Shown here in pieces: positions 61,201 through 64,000 of a stretch of DNA of 64,000 nucleotides (position 1 is its first letter; every line of letters starts with the position of its first letter). The DNA is taken from positions 5,394,001-5,458,000 of the forward strand of contig CM060732.1 in NCBI GenBank assembly GCA_030704615.1, written 5' to 3'. Origin of the DNA: Takakia lepidozioides. Taxonomy: Eukaryota > Plantae > Bryophyta. The notes under the pieces were generated by a model. That model was given only the letters and a program-made list of their open reading frames with translations. It made no database searches and was not told the DNA's origin. The position numbers and the translations under genes are program-made.

Positions 61201-64000
61201 ATTAGGCCACCTTCACCTCCTGTGTCTTCTATGGAAGGTTCTGATTTGGATTGTGAATCAGGAGGACTCATACCGACTGTGCAAGTTGTTTCCTTGCCAT
61301 TGTTGTGGGACACAATGGAGGAGATGTATGGAGCTACCAAGGGGCCACGAAGGTACTCTGGGGCGGTGGGCACCATCGAGTTGGATGATTTTATCCAAGA
61401 GTTTGATAGTTGGTGTGATTTGTAGCAAATGCGCAATCCACAACTATTTACGCCTTTCATGGCATGGAAGGGGCTGTTTCAGCACATTGAGGGGCCGCCT
61501 ATGGATGATTACCATGAGTTCAGGCGGGGGCATGAGGTTGAGATCGAGGAGTGGAGGATGTACTGGTCACCCGACTATGTCTCCATCACTAGGGGCACTA
61601 GAGCCAAGAGGGCAGTGGCTACACCTGCCGCTGCACCGACAGCTTCAGCAAGCAGCAGTGGGACTAGTGGTACAGTAGCTACGACATCCACCCCAAGCCA
61701 CTACCGCACCAGCACTAGTACATGTGCCTGCCTTCAACCCTGTTGTGGAGTTCTTCGAAGAGTTGAGAGGAACTACCAAGGGGGACAAAAAGTTGCGGAG
61801 CTTGCAAGAGTTCCAACGGAAGCCTACTGAGAGCTTGAGGGAGGCTTTCACTTGCATGAGGCGCTTGATAAATGTAACCCAAGGGGTTACGGAAGCTCAG
61901 GCAGTCCAATTCTGGTATGGGATATTGGACAAGGAGCTAGGAGAAGGGTGCGGATGCAACTCTCCTACAAGCGGCCCAACCCACCTTAACAATGTGTTTT
62001 TGCTGGCAGAGCGGATAGAGCTCAACATGGTAGAAAACGAGTGGTCATGGTGGATTTGCTAAGGAGACACCACGGGGTAGGTGCTCCTAGCCAACCACTA
62101 CCTCAACGTGCTCAAGGCAACAAGGGGCTCAGGTGAAGCTCAGGGAAGGGCAGAGAGGACCTCAGATGCAAGGGTCTCTCCCTTCATTTGCTGGCCAACA
62201 ACGGGCGGAGGTGGTGTGTTGGACATGTGGAGACCCCATGTCAAGAAGGATTGCCCAGAGGGAGGCAAAAGGGTCGGCACATGCACAGCCTGCACAGTTG
62301 CAGTGTGGGCATTGTGGCAAGCACGGGCATGGAGAGGCCCAGTGTTATGGTTTGCATCCTGAGTTGCGCCCAGGCCAGTTCCAAGGGAACAATGGTGGCC
62401 GGGGGCGAGGTGGAGCAGCCCAGAGAGGACGAGGTGGCCAGGCACGAGGTGCAGGCCAAGGGCAAGCTCAACATGGCCAAGGACGCGGAGGTCAGGGTGT
62501 TGACCAAGGCATGGCCAACCGGCTTCAGCAGCTAGAGCAGAGGCTCGCTGCCATGGCTACAGCTCAGGTGGTACCGGCTCTAAGGCCGGATGGTCCACCT
62601 CCTGCTCCTGAGGGAGGAGATATGGGAGGCATGGGATTCATGTGCGGAGCAGCACTACCACTAGTGCAGGTGGAGTCTGCTGCAGCCGTGACTCGAGGAG
62701 CAGCACGAGTTCCTGAGCCACGAGGTGCAGAGGTGGAGTTGGATCCACAGCGTGGGGAGGCAAGCCGTCAGGCTAGGCTTCCTCAGTCATTCACATTGGC
62801 GGAGACAGTGTCGACGCCATCCATGGCACCTAGTTCTCGCCCGACTATTACCGAGGCGGAGGTTACTATGCCATTGGGGAGAGCTACACGGGCAACACCA
62901 CTACCTAGTGTTGCCAAGGCTACGGCAGCTAGTGTGCTGCTGGGAGCGGCCACATCTGTGTGCCAGGCTCCATTGTTCTCGGCTACCATGATTGCGACGC
63001 CGGGGTAAGACCAGCTGAGGTGTTCAGGCTGGCAGCTACACTCTGTGAGAGTGGGGAGGTTACTTCATCTTCTGTGGAGATAGTGGGAGGTGTAGTGCCG
63101 GAGGGATCCTCGGATTTGAGGGTCAAGACTGCCACGGCGGCGCCATGGCAAGCTGCAGCTGCCAGGTTGATGGAGCTGCCAGCTAGGCCAGCCATTGAGC
63201 GCGCCATGGTGACACCTGGAGTTGTCATGTTAGACAACCAGGATGACATTTTCTGTTTGAGTGGACCGGCAGGCAAGAGGTACCGGCCACTGCGGGTCTT
63301 GTTGGACTCGGGAGCTCAGCCATTGATGTTGGCAGAGCTGCTATTGCAGGGCTCACGGAGGCGGATATGGAGCCTTGTCCTTTCCAGATACAGACGTCTC
63401 TGGGAGGATCGGAGCAGGCTCGGGGCATGACACGGCATGAGTTGGCTATCAGACTACGGCCGGATCACCCTACAGATGGCTCAGTGATGCGAGCCAAGGC
63501 CATTGTGACAGACGCAGTCTCGTACGATGTCCTGGTTGGTGGGGCAGTGTTGTACCCCATGGGCTTCACCCTGGATTTTTGGGAGGAGTCAGCTTCCTAT
63601 AGGCCTGATGGCAGTCAGGGGAGGGCCGGTGCAGCTCCCTGTGACATTCATAGGAGGAGTTGCGGTTGCCCAGCGAGGCAAGATGCCGACACTAGCAGCA
63701 TTCACAGCTGCAGTGAGTTGGCCTGGAGAGTTGCTTGAGGGCAATGCTCATTCAGAGGATGTGTCCACCTCCGGGAGAGCAGGATGACATGTGGTATGGC
63801 GGAGTTGCCTACCATGGTTGCTCAGACTCCATTGTGGGGCACGAGCAAGGATTTGCAGCGGGATGCTGATTGACGGGTGCAACAAGCCTGGGTGAGGCTT
63901 TTGTACCGTCAGGAGAGGAGGAGAGTGCGGGGATTGCACCAGGACCACCTCAGTTGTCTCCATTGGACACCACACCTATTGTGTGGCAGTATCCGGATGA
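58211..64000 (+). mobile_element. Element A2: second copy of the DNMT-carrying Gypsy family (5' part; window ends just before DNMT motif I)
   Basis: Starts TGTCAAGTTA exactly as A1 does; collinear and highly similar to the reverse complement of 28045-34126; gag, knuckles and protease 'RVLLDSGAQ' at 61100-63600. Confidence 0.93.

Overview
Eukaryotic, transposon-dense DNA. GT-AG spliced genes, Ty3/Gypsy, CACTA and Mutator elements and a PLS-type PPR remnant point to a plant, probably a non-seed land plant, though the taxon cannot be fixed from sequence. The window is a nested stack. A Mutator-like (MULE-SWIM) transposase gene on the minus strand (48545->22425) is split by an intact 24-kb non-chromovirus Gypsy element (B, 22565-46683, TSD ATAAT). 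B's 5' LTR is itself split by an 11-kb Gypsy element (A1, 22944-34126) whose polyprotein carries a complete C5-cytosine DNA methyltransferase between protease and RT and ends in a PHD finger. A CACTA element interrupts the MULE at ~48545, and a second copy of element A (A2, 58211->end) interrupts the CACTA. The most novel-looking system is a spliced gene fusing a ParB/Sulfiredoxin-like domain (DGNHR) to a beta-class N4/N6 DNA-methyltransferase-like domain (1-~4860). A diverged paralogue (21660->18808) lies directly downstream of the MULE transposase. In both copies the same intron is expanded to ~0.9 kb and filled with a copy-specific array of palindromes, resembling a ParB/parS-like protein-plus-cognate-site module. 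Most ORFs carry frameshifts or stops, from decay and/or consensus errors. All protein calls come from motif recognition by eye; no searches were run.
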